DNA of 64,000 bases. Source: an uncultured Arcobacteraceae bacterium. Lineage in GTDB: Bacteria; Campylobacterota; Campylobacteria; Campylobacterales; Arcobacteraceae. Position 1 is the first letter of the stretch; each line of letters starts with the position of its first letter. This document shows, in pieces, positions 45,886 to 56,923 of this stretch. The DNA lies in assembly GCA_964022095.1 (NCBI GenBank), contig CAXHZO010000002.1, positions 32,001 to 96,000 on the forward strand. The letters are read 5' to 3'. The notes under the pieces are model-generated. The model saw only the letters and a list, made by a program, of their open reading frames with translations. It ran no database searches and was not told where the DNA came from. The translations under genes and the position numbers were made by a program.

Positions 45886-48702
45886 TTACTTTATACTTAA
45901 CTCTTTTTCTAAATAATATCCAGTATATGAACCAGATTTTTTGTGATTTTTAGCTAGATTTTCAGGAGTTCCTTCATCAACTATCATACCACCTTTACTT
46001 CCACCTTCAGGACCCATATCTATAACCCAATCAGAATTTTTAATTACATCTAAATTATGCTCAATTACAAGTACAGAGTTTCCAACTTCAACAAGGTGAT
46101 GTAAAACTTTTGTAAGTCTATCAACATCTGCAAAGTGAAGTCCTGTTGTTGGCTCATCTAATACATAAAGAGTATTTCCAGTATCTTTTTTACTTAACTC
46201 TTTTGATAGTTTGATTCTTTGAGCTTCTCCTCCTGAAAGTGTTACAGCATTTTGACCAAGAGTAATATATCCAAGTCCCACATCGCTTAAAGTTTGAAGT
46301 TTAGCTTTAATTTTTGGAACTTTTATAAAGAACTCTAAAGCTTCATCAACACTCATACTTAATACTTCAGATATATTTTTCCCTTTATATAAAATCTCTA
46401 ATGTTTGAGCATTATATCTATGTCCACCACAGTCATCACACTTAACCATAATATCTGGTAAGAAGTGCATTTCAATTTTTATTTCACCTTCACCTTGACA
46501 TTTTTCACATCTTCCACCTTTAACATTAAATGAAAATCTACCTATTTTATAACCTCTAAGGCTAGCTTCTTTTGTTTTAGAAAATAGTGTTCTAATTTCA
46601 TCCATTAAACCTGTATACGTTGCAGGGTTAGATCTTGGAGTTCTACCAATTGGTGATTGGTCTAAGTAGATCACTTTATCAAGTTTTTCAAGTCCAGTTA
46701 TTTCAACTCCATCAACTTTGTTTACTTTTCTAGCATGATTTAATAACTCTTTTGCTACTGGAAGTAGGGTTTGTAAAATAAGTGAAGATTTCCCACTTCC
46801 ACTAACCCCTGTAATTGCACAAAGGTTTTTTAGTGGAATTTGAACATTTAGATTTTCAATATTATTTATCGTTACATTTTTTATTTCAATAAACTCTTCT
46901 TGGGGTCTATTGTGTGCATAATCGATTTTCTTTTTTCCATTCATGTACTGTGCAGTTAGTGTTTTTGCTTTGTTCATTTGAGGAAGTGTTCCTGCAAATA
47001 CAATTTCTCCACCATATTTACCTGCATTTGGACCAATATCAACTATATAATCAGCAGCTTCAATTGTCTCTTTATCATGCTCAACTACAATTACAGTATT
47101 ACCTTTTTCTTGTAAGGCTTTTAGTGTTTTAATAAGTTTACTTGTATCTCTTTCATGTAAACCAATTGATGGCTCATCAAGTACATACATTACACCAGTT
47201 AATCCAGAACCAATTTGTGAAGCAACTCTAATTCTTTGAGCTTCTCCCCCTGAAATTGTTCTTGCATCTCTTCCTAGTGTTATATATCCAAGTCCTACAT
47301 CATGTAAGAAGAAAATTCTCTCTTTTATCTCTTTTAAAATTGGTTTTGAAATCATTTGATTTTGTTCATTAAAGTATTCAAAGTTTTTTTCATCTTGGAA
47401 AAATGCATGGGCATCTTCAATTGGTTGGTTTATAATATCTGAAATGGTTTTTTGAGCTACAAAAACACTTTGAGAAGATGGTTTTAATCTATTTCCATTA
47501 CAGTCACTACATCTTTTTTCAGTCATGTATTCAGCCATCTCTTTTTCATCTTTGATCATGTCATATGCTAGCTTTATTACACCTTCCCATTTTCTTGTAA
47601 GTTTATGTCTTTTCCATGTAAATTTTGCTTCTTCTACCCCACCATGTAAAATTGCTTTTTGTTTATGAGAGGGTAACTCTTTAAATGGTATTTTAATATC
47701 AATATCAGCTGCTTCACAATAAGCCATAAGCATTTTGAAATAAAAACCTTTATTAAATCCATAGATGACTTTAATTGCACCATCTTCAAGTGGCAACTCA
47801 TCATTAACTACTTTTTTCATATCAAGTGCATATCTAATACCAAGTCCATCACAAGAACTACAAGCTCCTTTTGGTGAGTTAAATGAGAATGATAATGGCT
47901 CTAATGGTTCAAAAGATATTTTACAATCAAAACAAGCCATGTGCTCACTATAGTGAATATGTTTATCCGTTCCAACTTCCTCATGATTCATAACTTCAAC
48001 TTCAAGCTCTCCAAAAGATTCTTTTAAACCTTTCTCTACATCTTGTGCAATTCTATCTTTGTTTTCTTCTTTGATAACTACTCTATCAATTACTACTTTG
48101 ATAGTATGCATTTTATTCTTTTCTAATTCTATGTCTTCATCAAGTCTTGCCATAACTCCATCAATCATGGCTCTTACATAACCTTTACCTCTAAGACTTT
48201 CAAGTAAATCAGCAAATGTTCCTTTTTTCCTATTTATTAATGGTGCTAAAATAACTATTTTTGAATTATCAGGTAATTTCAATACTTGATCAATTACATC
48301 ACTTGCACTCATTTGTGAAATAGGTTCGCCACATTTATGACAATGTTGTTTTCCAACTCTTGCATATAGTAATCTTAAGTAATCATATACTTCTGTAATC
48401 GTTCCAACAGTTGATCTTGGATTTTTAGAAGTTGTTTTTTGATCAATTGCAATTGCAGGAGTTAAACCTTCAATTCTTTCAACATCAGGTTTTCCTACTT
48501 TGTCCAAGAATTGTCTAGCATAAGCAGAAAGTGATTCTATATATCTTCTTTGACCTTCTGCGTATAATGTATCAAACGCTAGTGTAGATTTACCAGAACC
48601 AGATAGTCCTGTAAAAACTATTAGCTTGTTTTTGGGTATTTCTAGATTTATATTTTTTAAATTATTTTCTTTTGCATTAAATATTTTGATTGAATCTTTC
48701 AT
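45886..48702 (-). CDS. uvrA: excinuclease ABC subunit A
   Basis: two ABC ATPase modules (GLSGSGKS, GVSGSGKS, SGGEAQR) and zinc fingers. Confidence 0.98.
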   Translation of the reverse strand: MKDSIKIFNAKENNLKNINLEIPKNKLIVFTGLSGSGKSTLAFDTLYAEGQRRYIESLSAYARQFLDKVGKPDVERIEGLTPAIAIDQKTTSKNPRSTVGTITEVYDYLRLLYARVGKQHCHKCGEPISQMSASDVIDQVLKLPDNSKIVILAPLINRKKGTFADLLESLRGKGYVRAMIDGVMARLDEDIELEKNKMHTIKVVIDRVVIKEENKDRIAQDVEKGLKESFGELEVEVMNHEEVGTDKHIHYSEHMACFDCKISFEPLEPLSFSFNSPKGACSSCDGLGIRYALDMKKVVNDELPLEDGAIKVIYGFNKGFYFKMLMAYCEAADIDIKIPFKELPSHKQKAILHGGVEEAKFTWKRHKLTRKWEGVIKLAYDMIKDEKEMAEYMTEKRCSDCNGNRLKPSSQSVFVAQKTISDIINQPIEDAHAFFQDEKNFEYFNEQNQMISKPILKEIKERIFFLHDVGLGYITLGRDARTISGGEAQRIRVASQIGSGLTGVMYVLDEPSIGLHERDTSKLIKTLKALQEKGNTVIVVEHDKETIEAADYIVDIGPNAGKYGGEIVFAGTLPQMNKAKTLTAQYMNGKKKIDYAHNRPQEEFIEIKNVTINNIENLNVQIPLKNLCAITGVSGSGKSSLILQTLLPVAKELLNHARKVNKVDGVEITGLEKLDKVIYLDQSPIGRTPRSNPATYTGLMDEIRTLFSKTKEASLRGYKIGRFSFNVKGGRCEKCQGEGEIKIEMHFLPDIMVKCDDCGGHRYNAQTLEILYKGKNISEVLSMSVDEALEFFIKVPKIKAKLQTLSDVGLGYITLGQNAVTLSGGEAQRIKLSKELSKKDTGNTLYVLDEPTTGLHFADVDRLTKVLHHLVEVGNSVLVIEHNLDVIKNSDWVIDMGPEGGSKGGMIVDEGTPENLAKNHKKSGSYTGYYLEKELSIK

Positions 48703-48815
48703 TAATAGTTGCCTTTAAATTTTTGAAGCTAATATTATAGGGTACATTACATAATAATCTATTAAAGATAATTTAGATATTTTTTGAAAGTGACTTACAT
48801 AAAAAGGTTATTAGT

Positions 48816-51362
48816 GTGAATAGATATATTAATAATTTTAGGTTCGGTGATAATTTATTTTATTACTGTGATTTAAAAAAGCTTTATAATGATTATCCTG
48901 TTTTAGAAAAATTGCCTAATTGTTTAAAAGTATTATTAGAATCAAATGTTAGAAATAGTAATGATTATAATTTAGAATCTATTATTGATATATTTGTCTC
49001 AAAAAATAAAAATAAAAAAATTCAGTTCGAAGCAACTAGAATTATTATGCAAGATTTAACTTCAATTCCTATTTTAATTGATTTGGCTTCTATGAGAGAA
49101 GAGGCTTTAAATATAGGTGAAGATATAGATAAAATTAATCCAAACGTTATGGTCGATTTAATTATTGACCACTCTTTAGATATATCAAAAACAAGCACTT
49201 CTGATAGCTTGGAAATAAATTTAAAAAATGAAATATCAAAAAATGAAGAGAAATATGAGTTTATTAAATGGGCTTCTAATAGTTTTAAAAACTTTTCAGT
49301 AGTTCCTCCTGGTTTTGGAATATCTCATCAAATAAATTTAGAATACCTTTCTACAATGATTTGTTTAAAACAAATAGATGAAAAGGTTTTTATATATCCT
49401 GAAACCGTTGTTGGTACTGATTTACACACAAGTATGATTAACTCATTAGGTATTTTAGGATGGGAAATAGGTGGCCTTGAAGCACAATGTATGATGTTTG
49501 ATTCTCATTCATCATTCTCTTTACCTAGTATTACAGGTGTAAAGTTAGTTGGAACATTAGATCAAGGTGTTACTATAAGTGATGTTGCTTTAAGTTTTAC
49601 AAACTTTATAAATGAACTAAAAACACATCAAGAGTTTATAGAGTTTTATGGTGAAGGGATAAAAGAGTTATCCTTAGAAGATAGAGCAACAATATCAAAT
49701 ATGGCAAATGAGTATAATGTTGCAGTGTCATTTTTTGGAGTTGATGATAATACTATTTCATATATTGAAAAAACTAGAGGGGTTGATGCTTCGCTAATTA
49801 GACAATACTATACTTTACTTGGTATGTATAATAATTATGATCAACTTGATTATGATGAAAACCTAGAGTTTGATTTATCTTTAGTTAAACCAGTTGTTGC
49901 AGGACCAGCAAGTTCTGAAAATAAAGTTTTAGCAAATAAAGTTCCTAGTAAGTTAAAAAGTTTTAAAAGAGGTAATTTATTAAAAGCAAATGATATTGTT
50001 TTAGGAAGTATAACTTCTTGTATGAGTAGTTCTAATCCTAGCTTAATAATTCAAGCAGCCCTTTTAATCAAAAATGCCATAAATTATGGTTTGGAAATAA
50101 ACTCAAATATCAAAAAAGTTTTTGCACCAGGTTCATATGTAGTTAAGTCTTATTTGAAACAATTAGATTTGTTAAAATATTTTGAGCATATTGGTTTTCA
50201 TATCTCAGGCTTTGGTTGTGCTAGTTGTTTTGGAAATAGTGGAGATTTATTACCTGGAATTGTTGATGAAATTACAAAGTATGACTTAGATGTAAGTTCA
50301 GTTAGTAGCGGCAATAGAAATTTTAAAGAAAATGTAAATCCTTTAGTTAAATCAAACTGGCTAATGTCTCCTGCTTTAGTAGTTGCATACTGTTTAAAAG
50401 GAACAATTAATTGTAATATTATTGATGATGAAATTTCAAAAGGGGTATATCTTAATGATATTTGGCCTAGTAATTTAGAAGTAAATGAGTATCTAAATAA
50501 AATTGATTCTTTACTGTACTTAAAAAGTTATAACAACATTTTTTTAGGAAATAATTATTGGCAAGCTTTAAATATACACAATGAGCCAGTATATGATTGG
50601 AATGAAGATTCAACATATATTCACCCTTCAACATTTTCTAAAAATATTAATATAGAAAAAATTGAAATTAAAAACGCTAGATTATTAGCAGTTTTAGGTG
50701 ATGATATATTAAATGAAGATATTTCTGCAATGGGGAAGATTAGTGAGAACTTAATAGCTAGAGAGTACCTTTTAGAAAAAGGAATTTCCGTTTCACAGCT
50801 TGGAACTTTTGAAAATAGAAAAGGGAATGTTGATTTAATGATAAGAGGAATTTTATCTTCCCCTAATTTAAAAAATAGAATTATATCTCCAAAAGAGGGC
50901 AGTTTGACAAGAGATTATGAAACAAATGAAATAATTTCAATATTTGAATTCTCAAAGAAAATGAAAGCTAAAAACACTCCTTTAGTTCTTTTTGTAGGAG
51001 ATAATTTTGGAGGAGGAGTTATTAGAGATTGGGCATCAAAAGGTTTAAGTATGTTAGGAGTTAAAGCAATTGTTGCAAAATCTTTTGATCATAACTTTAA
51101 ACTAAATTTAGTAAGAGTAGGAATACTACCTTTAGAGTTTGATAAAAATAATGTGGATTCTATAGAGTTTAGTGGAGAAGAGAAAATATCAATTAAAAGG
51201 GAAAATTTAATACCTAATGAAAAAATTGAATTAGATATTGAAAAAAATGGTTTTATTAAAACAGTTATAGTTCAATCTAAATTAGAAAACTTACAAGAAA
51301 TTGATTATTATAGAAGTGGTGGGGCTTTATCTTATATATTTAAAAACATTTACTCTTTTTAA
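48816..51362 (+). CDS. AcnA/IRP-family aconitase homologue, predicted catalytically inactive
   Basis: MQD, IDHS, HQINLE, ITSC, GCASC.GNSG, SGNRNF and RDW..KG present; GSSR replaced by GVIR. Confidence 0.88.
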   Translation: MNRYINNFRFGDNLFYYCDLKKLYNDYPVLEKLPNCLKVLLESNVRNSNDYNLESIIDIFVSKNKNKKIQFEATRIIMQDLTSIPILIDLASMREEALNIGEDIDKINPNVMVDLIIDHSLDISKTSTSDSLEINLKNEISKNEEKYEFIKWASNSFKNFSVVPPGFGISHQINLEYLSTMICLKQIDEKVFIYPETVVGTDLHTSMINSLGILGWEIGGLEAQCMMFDSHSSFSLPSITGVKLVGTLDQGVTISDVALSFTNFINELKTHQEFIEFYGEGIKELSLEDRATISNMANEYNVAVSFFGVDDNTISYIEKTRGVDASLIRQYYTLLGMYNNYDQLDYDENLEFDLSLVKPVVAGPASSENKVLANKVPSKLKSFKRGNLLKANDIVLGSITSCMSSSNPSLIIQAALLIKNAINYGLEINSNIKKVFAPGSYVVKSYLKQLDLLKYFEHIGFHISGFGCASCFGNSGDLLPGIVDEITKYDLDVSSVSSGNRNFKENVNPLVKSNWLMSPALVVAYCLKGTINCNIIDDEISKGVYLNDIWPSNLEVNEYLNKIDSLLYLKSYNNIFLGNNYWQALNIHNEPVYDWNEDSTYIHPSTFSKNINIEKIEIKNARLLAVLGDDILNEDISAMGKISENLIAREYLLEKGISVSQLGTFENRKGNVDLMIRGILSSPNLKNRIISPKEGSLTRDYETNEIISIFEFSKKMKAKNTPLVLFVGDNFGGGVIRDWASKGLSMLGVKAIVAKSFDHNFKLNLVRVGILPLEFDKNNVDSIEFSGEEKISIKRENLIPNEKIELDIEKNGFIKTVIVQSKLENLQEIDYYRSGGALSYIFKNIYSF

Positions 51363-52099
51363 GAGATAAATGTTTTATATACCATTGTAATTAAAATTAC
51401 AATATTTAAAATTAGGATATATTTTTTATATGAAGTTGAATTAATAGTATGTTTAGCTTTAATACCAAAAAATACTCCAATAAGTGAAGCAATACCTACT
51501 ATTGCACCTTCTAAAAATAGCATATGTCCATGCAGTGACATAGATGTAAATCCTGCAATTGAAGAGAATATTACAAAGAATAGTCCAAGTGAAGTCGCTG
51601 ATTTTAGGTCATATCTTAAGAATCCTACTAAAATAGGAGTTAATAGAATTGATCCTCCAACACCTATACTCATAGCAAAAATACCAATGAAAAAGCCAAT
51701 TACAAATAAAACAAACTTATTATGAGTTTTCGATTCTTGATTATGTTCTGCAGGTGAGAAAAATATTTTAACAATAGAGAAAATCAATATAGCAATAAAT
51801 ATATATTGTAAAGTTTCATTAGAAACATTAGAAACAATTAAACCACTTTGAAGACCACCAACAAAACCTCCAATACCAATAATTATTCCATCTTTTAAAA
51901 CATTTTTTGCTTTTTTCGCATTTAAAAAAGAGCCATAAATTGAACTAAATACCATTTGCATTATAGATATTGCAATTGCTTGTTTCATAACAAAACCAGC
52001 AACAAGTAGCATTGGAACAAGTACCATTCCTCCTCCAACTCCAAAAAAGCCAGAGATAAAACCTGTTAATACCCCAAATAGTAAAAGTTCAAGTATCAT
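51359..52099 (-). CDS. TauE/SafE (TSUP) family transporter
   Basis: two G.GGG...P repeats; about 8 TM segments. Confidence 0.88.
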   Translation of the reverse strand: MILELLLFGVLTGFISGFFGVGGGMVLVPMLLVAGFVMKQAIAISIMQMVFSSIYGSFLNAKKAKNVLKDGIIIGIGGFVGGLQSGLIVSNVSNETLQYIFIAILIFSIVKIFFSPAEHNQESKTHNKFVLFVIGFFIGIFAMSIGVGGSILLTPILVGFLRYDLKSATSLGLFFVIFSSIAGFTSMSLHGHMLFLEGAIVGIASLIGVFFGIKAKHTINSTSYKKYILILNIVILITMVYKTFIS

Positions 52100-52845
52100 T
52101 ATTTTTTCTTAATAGAATTCATAGCATTAATGAATTTATTATAATCCTCTTCTAATTTCTTATCTTTATCACTAACATCAATTCCATCTTGCTCTTTTAG
52201 GGCAATTTCAAGTACATGAATTCTTTCAATTAAATACTTGAACATCTCTTTATTTATATCTGGTAAGTCACCATGGTCAAGTTTACAGTTTTTATTATCT
52301 TTTTTGATTATTCTAGCTGGAACACCAACTGCTGTACTATTTTTTGGAACATCACAAACTACAACAGAGTTTGCTCCAATTTTAGAGTTTTTGCCTATTG
52401 TGATATTTCCTAAAACTTTTGCACCACTTCCAATAACTGCGTTTGATTTAATAGTAGGGTGTCTTTTCCCCTTATCTAAACTAACACCACCTAGTGTCAC
52501 TCCTTGATAAATTAATACATCATCTTCAATAATTGTCGTTGCCCCAATTACAACACCAATTGCATGATCAATAAACACTCTTCTTCCTATTGTCGCTGCT
52601 GGGTGAATATCTGTTTTTGTAAATAGTGATGAAAATCCAGTTAATGCTCTAGATAGTTTCTTCCAGCCTCTATTATATAATCTATTAGCGATTCTGTGAT
52701 TAATTATAGCCCAAACACCAGGATAGTTAAAAAATAGTTCAAAGCTTGAATCTAGTGCGGGATCATTTAATTTTGGTACAGAAAAATCCTCTTTTATTTG
52801 TTTCCAAAGTGATAAATCTTTTGGTTTTTTTTCTTCATTCGTCAT
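52099..52845 (-). CDS. cysE: serine O-acetyltransferase
   Basis: DPA, YPG, DIHPAA.IG...FIDH..GVVIG and GVTLGG...KRHPT. Confidence 0.92.
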   Translation of the reverse strand: MTNEEKKPKDLSLWKQIKEDFSVPKLNDPALDSSFELFFNYPGVWAIINHRIANRLYNRGWKKLSRALTGFSSLFTKTDIHPAATIGRRVFIDHAIGVVIGATTIIEDDVLIYQGVTLGGVSLDKGKRHPTIKSNAVIGSGAKVLGNITIGKNSKIGANSVVVCDVPKNSTAVGVPARIIKKDNKNCKLDHGDLPDINKEMFKYLIERIHVLEIALKEQDGIDVSDKDKKLEEDYNKFINAMNSIKKK

Positions 52846-54643
52846 AATAACTCCAAATTGTTTTTAAATAACTGTTTTCATTTAAATATTTTTCTAAATT
52901 TTTATAAATATCTGTTGATAAGTTTTTTTGTAATATTTTTTTCATATTATTTGTATCATAGTCAATATCTTCTAATATATCTATTACTTTTTGTGATTCT
53001 AATATCTTTTCTAATACAACTTCATCATTATTAAATACAACATTAACTTCAGTAGGGTGAGAAAATAAATTATGTTTCATCCCTAAAGTATCTTGATATG
53101 CTCCAACATTGAAAAAACCTATAAAGTAATCTTCTTTATTTAAATTTATATCATGTAGATATAAAGGTTTTTTCATATCAAATGGTAACTCTCCATCACT
53201 ATCACATGTAATATCCCATAGTGATGCACTTCTTGTTGGTTTTTTGTCAAGATGTGTTATTGGCATAATAGGAAACTCTTGATCTATTCCCCAATAATCA
53301 GGGAGTGATTGAAACATAGAAAAGTTTAGTAAATACTTTTCTTGAATATTTTCATCAATTCTTTGTAAATCTTTGAAGTCATCAATTTCAAGTAAATAAA
53401 TAGCTTTTTTTATAATTTGATGAGTTAAGATTTCGGCATTTGATCTATCTTGTAAATCAATATACCCTAAATCGAAAAGTGTAAGTAATGACTCCATATG
53501 ATCAGTACTATCATGCATATATTCATAAGCAGTTTTTTTAGTCATATCTCTATGTAAATAAAATAGCTCTTGAATTAAAGGAGGATTTTCATCTTTAAGT
53601 TTTAAATGTTCTAATTCATACTCTGATGAAAATAGTTCTAATACAGGTGCAATTAGAACTGTTGAAGCAGCTGATATAAATCTTCCTGATTCAGTGAAAA
53701 TATTAGGTTCATCTACACCTTTTTGCTTAGCAATCTCTTTTAATGTATAAATAACATCACTTGCAAACTCTCTTAATGAGTAAAACCTTGTTCTTTCATA
53801 GGCACTATATTCAATAGCTAATCCTCCACCAATATTAATTGATGTTAAACCTTTAGCTCCAAGGTTTTTAAGTTCTGCATATATATGTCCAGATTCTCTT
53901 AATGCTTTTTTTAATGGTTTAATAGAGTTCATTGCTGAACCTATATGAAAATGAATCATTGTTAAACTATTAACTATATTATTATCTTCCATTAGTTCAA
54001 AGGCTTCAATTATTTCAGTTGATGTTAATCCAAATTTTGAATTAATACCTCCACTTTTCGCCCATAAGCCACTTCCACCACTATGTAGTCTAACTCTTAA
54101 TCCTATATTAGGACATTCCAATTTGTATTCTTTTAATACCTCTATAATTATTTCCAATTCATTAAGACCTTCAATAATTACAGTAATGTCATGTCCCATA
54201 CTTTTAGCGATAAAACAAAGGTGAATCATCTCTTTATCTTTAAAACCATTTACAGTTATAGGTGAACCAATATTATTATATGTCATAGCTATAAGAAGCT
54301 CGGCTTTACTACCAGCTTCTAATCCATAATTAAACTCTTTACCATTTTTTATTAAAGGGTGAATAAAGTTTGGAAGTTGATTTACTTTTAGTGGAAAAAC
54401 TGCATTGAAACTTCCCTTGTAATCATATTGTTTAATGCTTTCTTTAAAAGTATCATACAAAGTTGAAATTTGTTTTTTTGTAATATGTGGAAATCTTAGT
54501 AGTAAAGGTCCTTTGAAGTCTTGGTCTCTTATTTCTTTAACTAAAGAAATAAGTGATGGTTTAGAATTATAATTAACTTTTGCTAAACCATCTTCAATAA
54601 TAAAGTTATCATCGCTCCAGATGTCGATACCATAGTTTGTCAC
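52835..54643 (-). CDS. speA: biosynthetic arginine decarboxylase
   Basis: FPLKVNQ, GLEAGSKAE, KSGG..SKFGL, HFHIGS, ESGR, FQSLPD.W and DITCDSDG. Confidence 0.95.
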   Translation of the reverse strand: MTNYGIDIWSDDNFIIEDGLAKVNYNSKPSLISLVKEIRDQDFKGPLLLRFPHITKKQISTLYDTFKESIKQYDYKGSFNAVFPLKVNQLPNFIHPLIKNGKEFNYGLEAGSKAELLIAMTYNNIGSPITVNGFKDKEMIHLCFIAKSMGHDITVIIEGLNELEIIIEVLKEYKLECPNIGLRVRLHSGGSGLWAKSGGINSKFGLTSTEIIEAFELMEDNNIVNSLTMIHFHIGSAMNSIKPLKKALRESGHIYAELKNLGAKGLTSINIGGGLAIEYSAYERTRFYSLREFASDVIYTLKEIAKQKGVDEPNIFTESGRFISAASTVLIAPVLELFSSEYELEHLKLKDENPPLIQELFYLHRDMTKKTAYEYMHDSTDHMESLLTLFDLGYIDLQDRSNAEILTHQIIKKAIYLLEIDDFKDLQRIDENIQEKYLLNFSMFQSLPDYWGIDQEFPIMPITHLDKKPTRSASLWDITCDSDGELPFDMKKPLYLHDINLNKEDYFIGFFNVGAYQDTLGMKHNLFSHPTEVNVVFNNDEVVLEKILESQKVIDILEDIDYDTNNMKKILQKNLSTDIYKNLEKYLNENSYLKTIWSYYDE

Positions 54644-55875
54644 TAAAAATCCTCAAGTTTAATATTTTTATCTTCTTTAGCTATTAAATCTTTAACAAAA
54701 ATTGTGCCTTCTTCAAGCTCTTTTTCTCCAATAAGTGCAACAATATTAGCTCCTGCTTTTTCTGCAAGTTTAAAGTGCTTACCAAAACTTCTAGGAGTGT
54801 ACTCAACATAAGTTTTAGTAGTTTTTCTTTTTTTATTTGCAGTTTTTAGTACAGTATTTAGAGATTTTTCATCTAGTGCTCCAATATATACTATATCTTC
54901 ATTTGATTCTTTCATTTTTACAAGTTCTAAAAGTCTTTCAATTCCTATTGCAAATCCAATACCAGGTGTTGGTCTACCACCTAAGAACTCAACAAGTCTA
55001 TCATATCTTCCCCCACCTGCAATTGCACTTTGTGCACCAATCTCATCACTTACAAATTCAAATGCAGTTTTTGAGTAGTAATCTAAACCTCTAACTAAAC
55101 TTGTATCAACTTCATATTTTACTTTATTAAAATCTAAAATCTCTTTTAATTTCTCAAAATCTGTATCACAGCTCTCACATAAATTATGAGTGATTCTTGG
55201 GGCATCTGTTAAAAGCTTTTGACAGTTTTCATTTTTACAGTCTAAAACTCTGATTGGATTTGTATCAATCCTTCTATTACAGTCTTCACAAAGATTTTCT
55301 TTAAAATTTGTTAAATACTTAACTAGATTTTCTTTGTATGGAGGCATACATACATTACAACCTAGTGAATTTAGTTGAAGTTTAAACCCAATTCCAAAGA
55401 AGTCTAAAATATCTTTTATCATCATAATTATATTTGCATCTTCTAAAACAGAATCAACTCCAAATACTTCACAACCAAATTGATGAAATTCTCTTAATCT
55501 TCCTTTTTGAGGTCTTTCATATCTAAACATTGGTCCATAGTAATACCATCTATAGTTTCCACCAGCTCTGTCTAATTTATGTTGTACAAAATGTCTTACA
55601 ACACCAGCTGTTCCTTCTGGTCTTAGACAAACATCATTTTCACCTTTATCAATAAATTGGTACATCTCTTTATTTACAATATCACTACTTTCTCCAACTG
55701 ATCTTTTAAAAAGTGCAGTCTCTTCTAAAAGTGGTGTCTCTAAATAGCTAAAACCATAGTTTTTTACTATTTGTGAAGCATTTTCTATAAAATAAGTAAA
55801 TAAAGTACTCTCTTCATTTACGATATCTTTCATCCCTCTTAGGCTTTGAATAGTTTTATTGTTCTCTTTAGACAT
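54643..55875 (-). CDS. hisS: histidyl-tRNA synthetase
   Basis: LRPEGTA, FRYERPQKGR, LVRGLDYY and GGGRYD. Confidence 0.98.
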   Translation of the reverse strand: MSKENNKTIQSLRGMKDIVNEESTLFTYFIENASQIVKNYGFSYLETPLLEETALFKRSVGESSDIVNKEMYQFIDKGENDVCLRPEGTAGVVRHFVQHKLDRAGGNYRWYYYGPMFRYERPQKGRLREFHQFGCEVFGVDSVLEDANIIMMIKDILDFFGIGFKLQLNSLGCNVCMPPYKENLVKYLTNFKENLCEDCNRRIDTNPIRVLDCKNENCQKLLTDAPRITHNLCESCDTDFEKLKEILDFNKVKYEVDTSLVRGLDYYSKTAFEFVSDEIGAQSAIAGGGRYDRLVEFLGGRPTPGIGFAIGIERLLELVKMKESNEDIVYIGALDEKSLNTVLKTANKKRKTTKTYVEYTPRSFGKHFKLAEKAGANIVALIGEKELEEGTIFVKDLIAKEDKNIKLEDF

Positions 55876-56434
55876 TTAAAAAATCCTCTATTTTCTTTTC
55901 AATTTCTTTAATTTTTAAACTTGCATCAATTGCAATATAGTTTATATTTAGTTTCTCAAGTGTTACTTTCATTCTGTTTTGAATATTTATTAAGTAGTCA
56001 ATTCCTCTTAATTCAATAGAATCATTCTCTTTTTGAGATAATCTATATTTTAACTCTTCAGGTGTTAATTCTAATAAAATCACATGACTTGGAAGTATAT
56101 TTTCTGTAGCAATTAAATTTAAATCTATTAACTTATCTATATCAAGTTGTGAAGCATAAGCAATCCCCGATATTACAGACCTATCTGATATTACTGTATT
56201 GTTCTTATTGGGCTTTATTACTTCTTCAATATGTTCAGCTCTATCGGCTAAAAAAAGAAACATCTCTGCAATTTTAGATTTTGCTTCACCACTTAATGCC
56301 ATAGCTCTAAGCTTTAATCCAATATCTGTTCCACCTGGTTCTTTTGTGAAAATTGCATCTTTAAATTTTTTTTGAAGTAAATCTAATTGTGTTGATTTAC
56401 CAGCAGTGTCAATACCTTCAATAACTACATACAT
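55868..56434 (-). CDS. tmk: thymidylate kinase
   Basis: EGIDTAGKST, EPGG, LADRAEH and SDR. Confidence 0.95.
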   Translation of the reverse strand: MYVVIEGIDTAGKSTQLDLLQKKFKDAIFTKEPGGTDIGLKLRAMALSGEAKSKIAEMFLFLADRAEHIEEVIKPNKNNTVISDRSVISGIAYASQLDIDKLIDLNLIATENILPSHVILLELTPEELKYRLSQKENDSIELRGIDYLINIQNRMKVTLEKLNINYIAIDASLKIKEIEKKIEDFLNV

Positions 56435-56922
56435 TTTATAACCTCATTAGGTACTAAATGCTCAAACTTTCCATTAAATCTAATGATTTCTCTAACAATA
56501 GTTGAAGATACAAATGCATTTTCAAGTGTAGGCATTAAATAAAGTGTTTCAATTTTATTATTGATTGATGAGTTAGCATAACCCATTTGTAATTCAAATT
56601 CAAAATCAGATACAGCTCTTAAGCCCCTAATAATAGTATTTACATTAAGTTCTGTAGCTAAATCTACTAATAATGTATCGAAACCTACTACCTTAACCCC
56701 AGGTATATCTTTCGTTGCAGCTATTACAAACTCTTCTCTTTGGAAGTGTGAAAACATTGGTTTTTTCATTTCACTTTTTGCAACAGCAATAATTACTTCA
56801 TCAAAAATATTCGAAGCTCTTTTAATAATATCTAGATGACCATTTGTTATAGGGTCAAAAGTACCACTGTATATCGCTTTTTTGTGTGATTTTACACACT
56901 CTTTATTTATTAGATCAGACAT
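56425..56922 (-). CDS. coaD: phosphopantetheine adenylyltransferase
   Basis: GTFDPITNGH, IRGLR..SDFEFE and VSST.VREI. Confidence 0.96.
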   Translation of the reverse strand: MSDLINKECVKSHKKAIYSGTFDPITNGHLDIIKRASNIFDEVIIAVAKSEMKKPMFSHFQREEFVIAATKDIPGVKVVGFDTLLVDLATELNVNTIIRGLRAVSDFEFELQMGYANSSINNKIETLYLMPTLENAFVSSTIVREIIRFNGKFEHLVPNEVIKCM

Positions 56923-56923
56923 C

